Both the position numbers and the translations under genes were made by a program. Below are positions 9,474 to 20,014 of a DNA stretch of 64,000 nucleotides, piece after piece (positions within the stretch are counted from its first letter, which is position 1; every line of letters begins with the position of its first letter). Source of the stretch: Candidatus Marinacidobacterium sp. (GTDB lineage Bacteria; Acidobacteriota; Vicinamibacteria; Marinacidobacterales; Marinacidobacteraceae); contig OZ242011.1 of the NCBI GenBank assembly GCA_965204755.1, positions 2,912,001 to 2,976,000 on the forward strand, in the 5' to 3' direction. The notes below the pieces were generated by a model. The model searched no databases. It was given only the letters and a program-made list of their open reading frames with translations, and was not told the origin of the DNA.

Positions 9474-10775
9474 ATGCGTTCGTCGTCCACTCTCTCCGGT
9501 TTCGCCGGTTTCGCCCTCTCGCTGGCCGCCGTTTCCGCCGCCTTCGGCCAGGACTCGGCCACGGTAATCCGCGCCGACCGGCTCATCGTCGGCACCGACG
9601 CCCCGGTCATCTCGAACCCGGTCGTCGTGATCGAGGGGGAGCGCATCACCGCGGTCGGCCCGGACGGCGCGATTCCCGTCCCGTCCGGCGCCCGCGAAAT
9701 CTCGCTTCCCGGCCACACGCTGCTTCCCGGCCTCTTCGACTGCCATGTCCACCTCGGCGGCATTCCCGGCGACGGCGGCGACACCCAGAAGATGCGGGAA
9801 ACCGTCGCCCACGAGGCGATCTACGCCGCCGCCCACGCGAAGATCACGCTCGAACTCGGTTTCACCAGCGTCCGGAACATCGGCGCCGGCAACTACTACG
9901 ACGCCGCGCTCCGCGACATGGTCGAACGCGGCGTCGTCCCCGGCCCCCGCATCCAGGCCGCGACCTGGGGAGTCGGCGCCACCGGCGGCCACGCCGACAT
10001 CAACGGCTGGAACCCGGATGTCCCCACCCCGGGCTACGCCATGATCGCCGACGGCCCGGATGAACTGCGGAAGGCCGTGCGCTACCAGGTGAAGTACGGC
10101 GCCGATGTCATCAAGGTCACGGCCGGCGGCGGCGTCCTGTCCCAGGGCAACTCCATCGACGACCAGGCCTACACCCTCGAGGAGTTGCGCACCATCGTCG
10201 AAACCGCCGGGATGCTCGGCACCCCGGTGGGAGCGCACGCCCACTCCCCGGCGGCGATGAACGCCGCCATCCGCGCCGGAGTCGACAGCATCGAACACGG
10301 CACCCTCATAGACGACGAGGGGATCCGGCTGGCGAAGGAGCACGGCACCTTCGTCGTCCCCACCCTCTACACCCTCGACTACATCATCGACGAGGGCGCG
10401 GAGAACGGCGTCCCCGACTACGCGATCGCCAAAGCGAAGGAGATCGCCTCGATGCAGCGCGAGCGCCTCGGCGCCGCCTTCCACGCCGGAGTCAAGTTCG
10501 CCTACGGCACCGACGCCGCGGTCTTCCCCCACGGCCGGAACGCCCTCGACTTCTCCATCATGGTGGACGAAATGGACATCTCCCCGATGGCCGCCATCCA
10601 GACCGCCACCATCAACGCCGCCGAACTCCTCGGCTGGGAGGAAGACCTCGGCTCCCTCGAACGCGGCAAACTCGCCGACATCATCGCCGTGGAAGGCGAC
10701 CCCCTGGAAAACATCCGCCTCCTGGAAGATGTCCGCTTCGTCATGAAGGGCGGCGAAGTGGTGAAACAGCCGTAA
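9474..10775 (+). CDS. Secreted metal-dependent amidohydrolase (Xaa-Pro dipeptidase-like)
   Basis: LPGLFDCHVH, GADVIKV, AHAH, DSIEHG, GTDAAV, GKLADIIAV; GGAGG upstream. Confidence 0.92.
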   Translation: MRSSSTLSGFAGFALSLAAVSAAFGQDSATVIRADRLIVGTDAPVISNPVVVIEGERITAVGPDGAIPVPSGAREISLPGHTLLPGLFDCHVHLGGIPGDGGDTQKMRETVAHEAIYAAAHAKITLELGFTSVRNIGAGNYYDAALRDMVERGVVPGPRIQAATWGVGATGGHADINGWNPDVPTPGYAMIADGPDELRKAVRYQVKYGADVIKVTAGGGVLSQGNSIDDQAYTLEELRTIVETAGMLGTPVGAHAHSPAAMNAAIRAGVDSIEHGTLIDDEGIRLAKEHGTFVVPTLYTLDYIIDEGAENGVPDYAIAKAKEIASMQRERLGAAFHAGVKFAYGTDAAVFPHGRNALDFSIMVDEMDISPMAAIQTATINAAELLGWEEDLGSLERGKLADIIAVEGDPLENIRLLEDVRFVMKGGEVVKQP

Positions 10776-10852
10776 CCGGTTGGCCCGAACCGCGTGACCT
10801 TCCCGGCCGACTTGGAGCCGCGCCGCCCTGCGGCAGCCGTAGTCGCGAGATC

Positions 10853-11624
10853 ATGAGCGACCGTCCGCGGATCGAGCGCGTCCACATCGAAGGCTTCCGG
10901 TCACTGGCGAATATGACCCTGGAACCGGGCCCCGGCGTAACCGTGCTCAGGGGCCCCAACCGCGCCGGCAAGTACAACTTCTTCCGATTCTTCGAACTCG
11001 TCCAAGCGATGCTGGGCGAGCGCGGCCTCCGTCGCTTTGTCGCCTTGAATGGCGGCGCCGATGACCAATTCTTCGGCGGCGGGAAGCGAACTCGGCAATG
11101 GACGGCGGCCATTTGGATGACTAGTGGCGCCGTGCCGGCCGAGTGCGAGTTCACCTTGGCCCATGAAGAGCCGTACTTCTTCCGGTTCGCCGAGGAGAGA
11201 TTTCGATTGGCCGCGACGGATGCTGGAAGCACCGTGCGCTGGACCGATTGACAAGAGATACGGCGCGCATCTGACCTCAGACGGTTCGCTTTGTTTCTTC
11301 GCGCTGGTGACGCTGATGAAACAGCGGAGCGAGGCGCTACCGGGAGTCTTGTTCTTGGACGAGCCGGAGTTGGGTCTCAACCTCCGCGCGATTGCGATCC
11401 TCAGCGGGTTGCTCCGCTCGCTCGCGACGGATCGACAGATTATCGTCGCCACCCAGTGCTCCCTCTTCGTGGACGAGTTCGATTTGGACCAGATCCAAGT
11501 CTTGGATCTCGAAGACGGGCAGACTCGCGTCCGTGCCCTTGCCTCGGAAGACTATAGCGAGTGGCTCGATGACCACTCGGCGGGCGAGTTGTGGGAGAAG
11601 AACCTCTTGGGCGAGTGGTCGTGA
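10853..11624 (+). pseudogene. Degraded AAA_21-type (ABC-like) ATPase; frameshifted, apparently with an internal deletion
   Basis: N-terminal part (10853-11251) has IEGFRSL and an eroded Walker A GPNRAGKYN; C-terminal part in another frame has TSDGSLCFFAL, LDEPELGL, ELWEKNLLG. Confidence 0.75.
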
Positions 11625-11776
11625 CCCAGATTGCCCCTTCGTGGAAAGACGGCCGAAACGAAAGCTCTCGAAGACGGTACTAGTCTCCCCGCGCGCCCCG
11701 CCCCGATCTTTGACCATTGCCCTGCCGCCGTCGCTCCGCGTAGGGAAACCGCCGTTCTGGCGGAGCATTTGCCCCT

Positions 11777-13873
11777 TCACCGTTGCCAGTGCTGGCCGAT
11801 GTATTCGACGGCGTCCTTGGCTGCCAGTTTCTTGGTAGCATTGCCGATACGGAGATAGAAGACTGTATCACCCCGATACTCGACCCACACCGGCTGCTGA
11901 CTCGGAACAACGGCGACATAACACACCTCGGTGCCTTCGATGTCATGAAAGCTCACCGTTACTCCCGACGCGATGGTGACGCCAAATCCCGTGTCCAGAA
12001 GTTGACGCAACCGCACCTCAAAACCATCGCGGTCACTGCGCGGAAGAGTGGCGTAGTCTTGACTGAGACCCACGGCGCGGCCGTCGTCGCTTACGCCGAT
12101 CAGCAACGTCCCGCCGGAGGCGTTGAGAAGCCCGGCGACGGTCCTGACGACGGCATGCTCAATTTCCTTGTTGACCCTCCTTTCACGAAGATCCCACCGA
12201 AGACTCGACTTGAACTCGACGGTGCTGCTCTCACCTTGTTCGATGAGGTGCGGAATAGTAGGTGCGTTGTCGACTGGGGTCGGCGGAAGCCAACTGTCGA
12301 GAAAGACATTCATTGCAGAGGCGAGTCGTCCGCGACGATCACGGAGAAACCGTTCATAGTTCTCCGGTTTCCAGAGGTCCGGGGCGACCGGCACCGATTG
12401 GGCTTCTAGTGCGCCGGGTTGCCTCGTTTGGACATCGCCAAGATAGTCAGCGGGAGAGGCACTCTTCCACTGCCGCGGCACCTTCTGGGCCAGGAACGCT
12501 CGATTAGCGCATTCATTGATCAGCGTACTGTCGCTGACCCCGGCCTGCACAAGGACGGATCGTGGAAAAATGTAGTGACGCTCGCGACCGGAGGCGCTCT
12601 GCATCACACGGTCGTACAGAGGGTTGCCGGTGAACCAATCGCGGGCGTCATTGAATCTCGCGACCACTTGGCTCAGAAGGGTCACGGCGCTTCCAATTCG
12701 CGCTCCTTCCAGATCGGTGGCCGAAAGGGTGACACGACCGCGCTGCCTCCGGATGGCGTCCTCAAGTTCGAAAGTAGGATCGGCAGAGTCACGCGTGACG
12801 CATGCGACATCCTGCTGCAGAGCTGTCTCGGAGGCACCGGAATATCGTGACCAGAGACAGGCCAAGGAAATCCACCGAAGGAACCGACGCTTGAGTTCAT
12901 CCGTCGGAAAATCACCACCGTGTCGAGCGAGAAATACGGTCGCGACTAGAAGGGGCCGCGTACTCGGGATGTCCTTCGTGTCGGCGACACACAGCTCGGC
13001 CCGAAGCACCGAAACAAGGCGCTCCAGAGAGGGCACGAGACGATTCCAAGCGGATTTCAAATCGTCGGCAGGGGTCTTGAAGAAGGTGCCTTCGAGAAGA
13101 ATTGAGCCGGCGGTCACACCCGCCAAACAACGCACTAGGAAATCGAAATCGAAGTCGAAATCGCGTCGGCGTAGGTCGTCGCGGAAACGCCGCATCTCGG
13201 CGCGTGCCTCGGGCCAGATGCTACAGACATGCGCCAGAGCGAGGTCTGATTTCGTGAGAGTTGTACCGGCCTTGTTGAGACGGTTGAAGACTTCGACTAC
13301 TTCGTTGACGCCGTAATCGTCTCCTGACACTTTGTCGACGGTGTAGGAGTAGGTGCGGATCTGATCGAGGCGACTGAAGCGGGCGAGATTGTTCTGAATG
13401 AGGGTGCGCCGGTCTTCATCGAACTCGTCAAGCCGTCCCAACCACGAATTGAGGGTTTCCTTCAGGAGGTCGGGAACCCTGATCCAAGCGTGATTGTTCG
13501 CCATCTGAGACTTCTGCCAGAACCGAAACTCCTCAGTCTGCACGTTGAAGAAGAGATCGAAATACAGGGATTCGCCCTCATAGAAACGTGGCGGCTGGCC
13601 GCGGAAGAGTACGTAGAGAGTGGTGAGCCGCTGCTGTCCATCCAAGAGCAGGAGAGAGTGGCCGTCGGGGCGTGGCGTGCCGCCGCGAACGGGTGAGGGC
13701 TTGTAGGTACTCCAGACGAGAAGGTGACCGGAGGGCAGGCCGCGATACAGCGATTGAATGAGAGCCCGGACTTGATTGCGATTCCAGACGTAACCGCGCT
13801 GGAACTCTGGAAGGAGAAGTTCGTTGCGATCAACCTCTTCCAAGAGTTCTTGGATAGTCTTCACTTCATGCAA
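11777..13873 (-). CDS. DUF262 (GmrSD-like) protein fused to a C-terminal AlbA_2/Schlafen-like domain
   Basis: LPEFQRGYVW, LLDGQQRLTTL, FNRLNKAG (DUF262); GESSTVEFKSS and LNASGGTLLIGVSDDG (AlbA_2); lower GC than flanks; TTG/GTG start uncertain. Confidence 0.85.
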   Translation of the reverse strand: MHEVKTIQELLEEVDRNELLLPEFQRGYVWNRNQVRALIQSLYRGLPSGHLLVWSTYKPSPVRGGTPRPDGHSLLLLDGQQRLTTLYVLFRGQPPRFYEGESLYFDLFFNVQTEEFRFWQKSQMANNHAWIRVPDLLKETLNSWLGRLDEFDEDRRTLIQNNLARFSRLDQIRTYSYTVDKVSGDDYGVNEVVEVFNRLNKAGTTLTKSDLALAHVCSIWPEARAEMRRFRDDLRRRDFDFDFDFLVRCLAGVTAGSILLEGTFFKTPADDLKSAWNRLVPSLERLVSVLRAELCVADTKDIPSTRPLLVATVFLARHGGDFPTDELKRRFLRWISLACLWSRYSGASETALQQDVACVTRDSADPTFELEDAIRRQRGRVTLSATDLEGARIGSAVTLLSQVVARFNDARDWFTGNPLYDRVMQSASGRERHYIFPRSVLVQAGVSDSTLINECANRAFLAQKVPRQWKSASPADYLGDVQTRQPGALEAQSVPVAPDLWKPENYERFLRDRRGRLASAMNVFLDSWLPPTPVDNAPTIPHLIEQGESSTVEFKSSLRWDLRERRVNKEIEHAVVRTVAGLLNASGGTLLIGVSDDGRAVGLSQDYATLPRSDRDGFEVRLRQLLDTGFGVTIASGVTVSFHDIEGTEVCYVAVVPSQQPVWVEYRGDTVFYLRIGNATKKLAAKDAVEYIGQHWQR

Positions 13874-14030
13874 CTTGGAACCCCTTCATGAACGACATCC
13901 CGAATGAAGAGCAGGCGACCGAAGGGTTGGGGCGGGTGTGGATGTGGGCAGTGTAGAGAGGTGGGGCAACCGAACGGGCTGATGGATGGAGGTGGTCAAC
14001 TATAGCACTGTGTGAGGCTGGGGGGCCGAG

Positions 14031-15485
14031 TCAAGAGGATGGGCAGGACAGGCGTTCCATCATCTCGCGGAGCACGGACAGGAACTCGTCCACATGTTCC
14101 GCGTGGGTGCGGAAGATGCCGATGCACGGGCGGATCCAGAACCGCTCTTCCAGGATCGTCGCGGTGACGAAGATGCGGCCGTCGGCGTGGATCGCGTCCA
14201 GCAGGCGCCGGTTGGCGTCGTCCGCCTCTTCGGGGCTCTTCCCGGCGGGTTCCCAGCGGAAGCACATCGTGGACAACTGCGGGGGGGCGCCCACCGTGAT
14301 CTCCTCCCACGCGGACAACTCGTCCTGGAGGTAGCGGGCGAGCAGGCACTTCTCTTCCAGGGCGGCGGTGAAGGCGTCGGTTCCGTGCAAGAGCAACGGG
14401 AACAGCATCCGCAACCCGCGGAAGTGTTTCGTGAGTTCGATGGAGCGCTCCGACGGCGACGGCTCCGCCTGCGGCGCGTCCACCAGGTACGGCGCGGCGA
14501 AACGCAGGGTCTTCAGGTGCTCGGCGTCCCGCACCACCAACGCGCCGGTGCCGTACGGCAGGAACAGGCTCTTGTGCGGGTCGAGAACCACCGAGTCCGC
14601 CCGCTCGATACCCCGGAACAGCGAACGACGGGACGGGACCAACAGGAAGAACCCGCCGTAGGCGGCGTCGCTGTGGTGCCAGAGACCCTCGGCGCGGGCG
14701 ATGTCGGAGATGGCATCCAGCGGATCCACCGCGCCGGTGTTCGTCGTCCCGGCCCCGGAGGCGACGAGCCAGGGGCGTAGGCCGTCGCGCTTGTCCTTTC
14801 GCACCTGGCGGGCGAGCGCCTCCGGGGCCATACGCCAGGCGGAGTCCACCGGGACGATGCGGCAGGGCGCTTCGCCGACGCCGGCGAGGTGGACCGCCTT
14901 CCGCACCGAGTAGTGCGCCTGGTCGGTGACATAGACCACGGCGCGCGCGAAGTCCGCGCCCTTGAGTCCGTGCGCTTCCCGGGCGGCGATGACCGCGGTG
15001 ACGCCGGCGACGCTGCCGCCGGACGCCAGGTTCCCGCCGGCGGTCGGCGGATATCCGACCAGCGAAGCGAGCCAGTCCACCAGGCGGTTCTCGAGGATCA
15101 CCGCTCCCGGTGACGCGGGGAAGTACCCGGCGAACGCGTTGCCCACCGCGGCGAGGTAGTCGCCGAGCGCGCTCGCGTAGAGCCCGCCGCCCGGCACCCA
15201 GCCGAGGTCGCGCGGCGACGCCGGGTTCAGTCCCTGCCGTTCGACTTCGCGCCGCACCAGGCCGAGCAACTCCTCGACCGGTTTCCCGGTCGCGGGGAGT
15301 TCGAGTCCGGCGATACCCGGCGATCCGGTGGGGGGGATCCAGCCCGGCCCTCGCCGCAGGTCTTCGAGGAACTCTTCGGCGTGCCCGACGACCGCTTCGC
15401 GCAGCGCCCGCCGCTGCCCGGCGTCGGGTTCGAGCGGCGCGGCTCGTTCGCGCAGCCGTTCGGCGCGCTCGCGCAGGTCGCTCAT
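14031..15485 (-). CDS. Group II PLP-dependent decarboxylase (aromatic-L-amino-acid decarboxylase-like)
   Basis: SGGSVA, AHYSV, GTTNTGAVDPL, HSDAAYGG, LDPHKSLF (PLP lysine). Confidence 0.9.
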   Translation of the reverse strand: MSDLRERAERLRERAAPLEPDAGQRRALREAVVGHAEEFLEDLRRGPGWIPPTGSPGIAGLELPATGKPVEELLGLVRREVERQGLNPASPRDLGWVPGGGLYASALGDYLAAVGNAFAGYFPASPGAVILENRLVDWLASLVGYPPTAGGNLASGGSVAGVTAVIAAREAHGLKGADFARAVVYVTDQAHYSVRKAVHLAGVGEAPCRIVPVDSAWRMAPEALARQVRKDKRDGLRPWLVASGAGTTNTGAVDPLDAISDIARAEGLWHHSDAAYGGFFLLVPSRRSLFRGIERADSVVLDPHKSLFLPYGTGALVVRDAEHLKTLRFAAPYLVDAPQAEPSPSERSIELTKHFRGLRMLFPLLLHGTDAFTAALEEKCLLARYLQDELSAWEEITVGAPPQLSTMCFRWEPAGKSPEEADDANRRLLDAIHADGRIFVTATILEERFWIRPCIGIFRTHAEHVDEFLSVLREMMERLSCPSS

Positions 15486-16918
15486 GACGCGGGCGCCGCC
15501 GCGCCTTCGCGGGTCCGGTCGCGACGGGCGCCGAGGAAGTAGCCGGCCGCGCTCGCTGCGGTGAGCCCGACCGCGCCGGGTATGACGACGCCGGCGGGCG
15601 CGAACAGGGGATCGAGGAAGTGGTCCCACCCGAAAGCGAGGTGCAGCGCCCAGAGCCCGGCGCCGACGGCGATCGCGCCGAGCGCCGCCGCCGGGCCTCC
15701 ACGCTTCGAATACAAGCCGAGAGTCAAGGGAATGAACAGTCCTACCAAGGTGAGTTCGTATGCGTCTTCCAAGAGAGCGTAGGCGCTGAGCCCGCCGTAG
15801 GCAAGAAAGAGGCTGCCGGCGCCGACGATCAGCACCGCCAGTCGGCTGAGCCGCAGGCGGTCCGCTCCGGGGAAGGCGTGGCGCAGCAGGTTCTGCCCGA
15901 GCACCGAGCCGGCGGACAGGAGCGCGCTGTCGGCGGTGGAGAGGAGCGCCGAGACGACCACCAGCAGGAGCGCCAGCGCGGCCGGCGGGCTGAACAGGAT
16001 GCGGCCGAGAACGCTCAGGATTTCCCCGCCGCCGTCCGGGGCGAGCAGGCGGGCGGCGAGCCCCAGCCCCACCGGGAGCGCGCCGAGGACGAGATAGGCG
16101 CCGCCGGCGATGAGGCAGGCGCGGCGGGCGACCGTTTCCGTCTTCGAGGCGAACACCCGCTGGAGGACATCCTGGCCGGGGATGTTCCCGAGCGCCCCGG
16201 CGAGGAGCAGTCCGGCCCAGACGGCGAACGCTTCGCCGCCGGAAGGGACGACTTCCAGCAGGTCGGGAGGCGTGTCGCGAACGAGGCGCGAAACGCCGCC
16301 GAGGAGACCGCCGCCGAGTTCCGCCATCGCCGAGACGAACACCGCGGCGAGCCCGACCGCGACGATCGCCGCCTGCGCGGCGTCGGTGAGGGTCACCGAC
16401 CACATTCCCCCGAGCAGCGTGTAGCCGACGGTTACCGCGAACGCCGCCGCCAAGCCGACGGCGGCGGGCAGGCCGAACAGGGTTTCGAGCAGCGAGGCGA
16501 GCACCGTGAACTGCGCGGCGATCCAGCCGAAGAAACTGGCGACCATGATCACCGCCGAGGCGGCTTCGCTCCGGCGGTCGAACCGGGCGGCGAAGAAGTC
16601 GCTGAGCGTGAGCAACCCGGCGCGGCGCAGGCGGGCGGCGTAGAAGAGGCCCACGAGGAGCAGGCAGATCCCCGGCCCGACCGGTTCGAGCGCCGCCGCC
16701 CGGAGACCGGTGTCCCGGACCTCTTCGGCGGAGGCGAGCAGCGTCCCGGCGCCGAACCAGGTGGCGAGCAATCCGGCGGAGGCGAGCCCGACGCCGAGGC
16801 GCCGACCGGCGACCAGGTAGTCCGAGAAGGACTCGATCCGCCGCCGCGCGAACCAGGCGGCGGCGAAGAGCGCGCCGGTGTAGAGCCCCAGCGCGGCGGC
16901 GGCGACGGTCGGGGTCAC
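15482..16918 (-). CDS. Sodium:solute symporter family protein
   Basis: DYLVAGRRL, ATWFGAG, YTLLGGMWSVTLTD, QDVLQRVFASK, STADSALL. Confidence 0.9.
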   Translation of the reverse strand: MTPTVAAAALGLYTGALFAAAWFARRRIESFSDYLVAGRRLGVGLASAGLLATWFGAGTLLASAEEVRDTGLRAAALEPVGPGICLLLVGLFYAARLRRAGLLTLSDFFAARFDRRSEAASAVIMVASFFGWIAAQFTVLASLLETLFGLPAAVGLAAAFAVTVGYTLLGGMWSVTLTDAAQAAIVAVGLAAVFVSAMAELGGGLLGGVSRLVRDTPPDLLEVVPSGGEAFAVWAGLLLAGALGNIPGQDVLQRVFASKTETVARRACLIAGGAYLVLGALPVGLGLAARLLAPDGGGEILSVLGRILFSPPAALALLLVVVSALLSTADSALLSAGSVLGQNLLRHAFPGADRLRLSRLAVLIVGAGSLFLAYGGLSAYALLEDAYELTLVGLFIPLTLGLYSKRGGPAAALGAIAVGAGLWALHLAFGWDHFLDPLFAPAGVVIPGAVGLTAASAAGYFLGARRDRTREGAAAPAS

Positions 16919-16985
16919 GGCGCGGCGGGTCGCGTCGCTGCGAAACGGACGCGGGGAATCGCGCCCGGGGCCGGAGTTCCCCCGG

Positions 16986-18416
16986 TCAGGCGGGGCGGTG
17001 GAGCGCGGCCACCGCTTCCCGGCGCGCCGCCGGGTCGGGGCGTCCGAGTCGGCCGCCGAGCAGCATCGCGGCGAAACTCAGGGGCAGCGCGACGAGGATG
17101 GGGCCGATCCCGATGCCGACCGCCGGGCCGGCGAACAGGAGGAACGAATAACTGAACGCGCCGGTGAGCAGCGCGGCGATCCCGCCGGCCAGGTTCGCCC
17201 GCTTCCACCAGATGCCGAACACCACCGGGACGAACAGGCCGGCGGAGAGCAGGCCCACGCCGGCGGTATAGAACCGGGTCAGGAGTTCCGGCGGTGACCA
17301 GGCCCAGTAGAGCGCCGCGGCGCCGACGATCCAAGTGGCGACCAGCCGCGCCAGGGACTGCGCCCGCGGACTCTTCTTTCCCAGGTAACCGCCGAAGAGG
17401 TCGTGCGCGATGGCGGAACTCACGGCGAGGAGGAACGCGTCGGTGGTGGACATCACCGCGGCGAGGACCGCGGCGACCGCGAGGCCGCGGAGCAGGGGAG
17501 GGAAGTGTTCGCCGACGATCCGCAGGAACACCTGGTCGGGATCGGTCAGGCCGGGGAACTCGAGGACGCCCACCGGCGCGATGACGAAGATCGCCGCCAG
17601 GATCATCACGCCGTAACCGACGGTGGCGAGGTTCAGCGCGACGCGCGCGCCGTGCGCGTCCTTCGCGGTGGCGACCCGCATCACGATGTGGGGGATCACC
17701 GGTATGGCGGCGGCCCAGATCACGAAGTAACTGAGGTAGCCGCCGCCCTGCTCCGGCAACCGGCCGAAGGCGGGAGCGGCGGCGGTCGCCGCTTCGAGCG
17801 CCCCGAGCGGGGAGCCGGCCGCCCAGATGAGCAGCGCTGCGGCGATACCCATGACGAAGAACATGAGCGCGCCCTGCATCACATCGGTGACCGTCACCGC
17901 CACCATGCCGCCGAACGACACATAGAGCACGAACACCACGGTGGCGACCGCGATCGCGGTCCGGTAGTCCACGCCGAGCAGCGCCTCGGCGGTGATGCCG
18001 GCCGCCTTCATCTGGGCGACCATGTACACGGTCAGCGCCACCACGATCAGCGACGGGGTGAGGAGGCGCGCGACCCGGTGCGGGTAGCGGAAGACCAGGA
18101 AGTCCGTGATCGTGAACCGGCCGAGGCGGCGGAGCGGCGCGGCGACCAGGATGGCGGCGAGCGGGAATCCCACCACCGCGCCGGCGAAGAGCGCGAGCGT
18201 CGCCGGGACGCCGTCGCGGTACGCGAGGCCGAGCACGCCGACCAGCGAGCCGCCGCTGGCGAGGCTGGCCATGATGGCGAGGGCGTTGACCCCGGCGCCG
18301 ACGCGCCGCCCGGCGACCCAGTACTCGTCCGCCGACCCGAGCACGCGCCGGGTCGCCAGGGCGCCGACCGCAACGCAGACGGCCAGGTAGGCGAGGACCA
18401 GCCAGCGTTCGATCAT
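16986..18416 (-). CDS. Sodium:solute symporter family protein (ActP/PanF-like)
   Basis: EYWVAGRR, YVSFGGMVAVTVTDVMQG, PHIVMR, AAVMSTTD. Confidence 0.9.
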   Translation of the reverse strand: MIERWLVLAYLAVCVAVGALATRRVLGSADEYWVAGRRVGAGVNALAIMASLASGGSLVGVLGLAYRDGVPATLALFAGAVVGFPLAAILVAAPLRRLGRFTITDFLVFRYPHRVARLLTPSLIVVALTVYMVAQMKAAGITAEALLGVDYRTAIAVATVVFVLYVSFGGMVAVTVTDVMQGALMFFVMGIAAALLIWAAGSPLGALEAATAAAPAFGRLPEQGGGYLSYFVIWAAAIPVIPHIVMRVATAKDAHGARVALNLATVGYGVMILAAIFVIAPVGVLEFPGLTDPDQVFLRIVGEHFPPLLRGLAVAAVLAAVMSTTDAFLLAVSSAIAHDLFGGYLGKKSPRAQSLARLVATWIVGAAALYWAWSPPELLTRFYTAGVGLLSAGLFVPVVFGIWWKRANLAGGIAALLTGAFSYSFLLFAGPAVGIGIGPILVALPLSFAAMLLGGRLGRPDPAARREAVAALHRPA

Positions 18417-18676
18417 GGGGTCGGGCCGGCGCCGGCGGAGTCTTCGCCGGTCTTCTTCGCCGCGCCTTCGGAGTCGTCGGCGGCCGTCTCCGGGCGGAGG
18501 AGGGCGAGCAGCAACAGCGGCGAACCGGCCAGCAGCGCCGCCATGAGCCAGCCGAACAGCGAGACGCCGAACACGGAGACTTCGGCGACCGGCGGGAGGA
18601 AGGCGAACACGGAGAATCCGGCCAGCCCGAAGAGCGCGGTCCGTTCCGCGCGCCGCATCGGGAAGAACTGGTTCAT
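18413..18676 (-). CDS. Small two-TM membrane protein, probable symporter accessory subunit
   Basis: 87 aa, two hydrophobic segments, 4-bp overlap with the symporter start. Confidence 0.65.
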   Translation of the reverse strand: MNQFFPMRRAERTALFGLAGFSVFAFLPPVAEVSVFGVSLFGWLMAALLAGSPLLLLALLRPETAADDSEGAAKKTGEDSAGAGPTP

Positions 18677-18715
18677 CGGGCTTCGGTCGGCGGCGCGGTC
18701 ATCGGCCGGCGCGGC

Positions 18716-20005
18716 CTACGCGGAGCGGGTCTCGCCCGGCGAGGAATCGAGCGGGAGGCCGTAGGAGAGGTCGTCCGGCAGCGCCGCGCGCTCGGCGAGC
18801 GCCGCGCGGAGGGCGCCGTAATCCCGGAACAGGTTGCCGGTGAGCAACTCGGTCACATCGCCGGCGAGTTCCGGACGCTGCCGGACGAGGTCGGACATGC
18901 GGAAACCCTCGTCGTAGAACGCATAGACCAGTTTCCGCATCGCCTCGATGCCCCGGGTCAACTCCCGGCCGTACTCGGCGAATCGGGCGGCTCGGGTGTC
19001 GCCGGCGTCGAGGGCCGCCGCCGCGGCGTCCGCCGCCTTCTCGCCGCTCCACAGCGCGAGGAATACCCCCGAGGAATACACCGGATCGAGGAACGCGAAC
19101 GCGTCGCCGACCAGCGCGAGCCCGTCCGCGGCGCAGTGGCGCGACCGGTAGGAATAGTCCCCGGTGGCGCGCACCGGGGCGGTCTTCTCCGCGGATTCCA
19201 GGTTGTCCCGGATCCACGGATTCACCCGGAGTTCCCGCGAGAAGATCGCTTCGGGGTCGCGGCCTTCGCGGTAGAGGTATTCGGCGTCCGCGGTGACGCC
19301 GACGCTGACTTCGTCGTTCGCCAGCGGGATGTACCAGAACCATCCCTTCCGCGGCAGGAGCGCGATGGTGGTGGCGCCCTCGTCGTACCGGCCCGGGTTT
19401 CGGCGGCCGCCGCGGAAGTAACTCCAGAGCGAGACCTTGCGCAGTTTCGGATCCAGCACCCGCCACCCCAGCAGGCGGGAGGCGAGGGCGTCGCGGCCGG
19501 TGCAGTCGAGCGTGATCGGCGCCGAGACGGTTTCCTCGCCGTCGTCGGTTTGGATCCTCGCGCCTTCGATCGGGCCGTTCCCGTCAGCGCCGCCGCGAAG
19601 GAAACCGCGGGCGGCGCCGCGCAGGACTTCCGCGCCGCGCTCTTTCGCGTTGTCGAGGAGGATGCGGTCGAAGTCGGCGCGCTGCACCTGCCAGGTCTGC
19701 GCCGCTTCGTGGTCCAACTGCTCGAAGAAGTAGAAGGGCCGGGAGACCTTCCCTTCCAGTCCGATGAACTCGACGCTGTACTTGTGGACGAAGGCCGCGC
19801 GGCGCACCGCGGCGAGGGCGCCGGTGCGCTCCAGCGGGAAGAAGCACCAGGGCATCAGAGACTCGCCGACCGAGTATCTCGGGAAGCGCGTCTTCTCCAC
19901 GACCACCGTCCGCTTGCCGGCGGCGGCGAGCACGGCGGCGGCGGTGGTCCCCGCCGGGCCGCCCCCGAGGACCAGCGCGTCGCAGTCGCGGGCGGCGCGG
20001 GTCAT
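18716..20005 (-). CDS. Flavin-dependent halogenase-like FAD oxidoreductase
   Basis: GGGPAG, FPRYSVGESL, FVHKYS (candidate catalytic Lys), GWFWYIPL (WxWxIP), GDAFAFLDPVYSSGV. Confidence 0.85.
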   Translation of the reverse strand: MTRAARDCDALVLGGGPAGTTAAAVLAAAGKRTVVVEKTRFPRYSVGESLMPWCFFPLERTGALAAVRRAAFVHKYSVEFIGLEGKVSRPFYFFEQLDHEAAQTWQVQRADFDRILLDNAKERGAEVLRGAARGFLRGGADGNGPIEGARIQTDDGEETVSAPITLDCTGRDALASRLLGWRVLDPKLRKVSLWSYFRGGRRNPGRYDEGATTIALLPRKGWFWYIPLANDEVSVGVTADAEYLYREGRDPEAIFSRELRVNPWIRDNLESAEKTAPVRATGDYSYRSRHCAADGLALVGDAFAFLDPVYSSGVFLALWSGEKAADAAAAALDAGDTRAARFAEYGRELTRGIEAMRKLVYAFYDEGFRMSDLVRQRPELAGDVTELLTGNLFRDYGALRAALAERAALPDDLSYGLPLDSSPGETRSA

Positions 20006-20014
20006 CGTCGCTCG

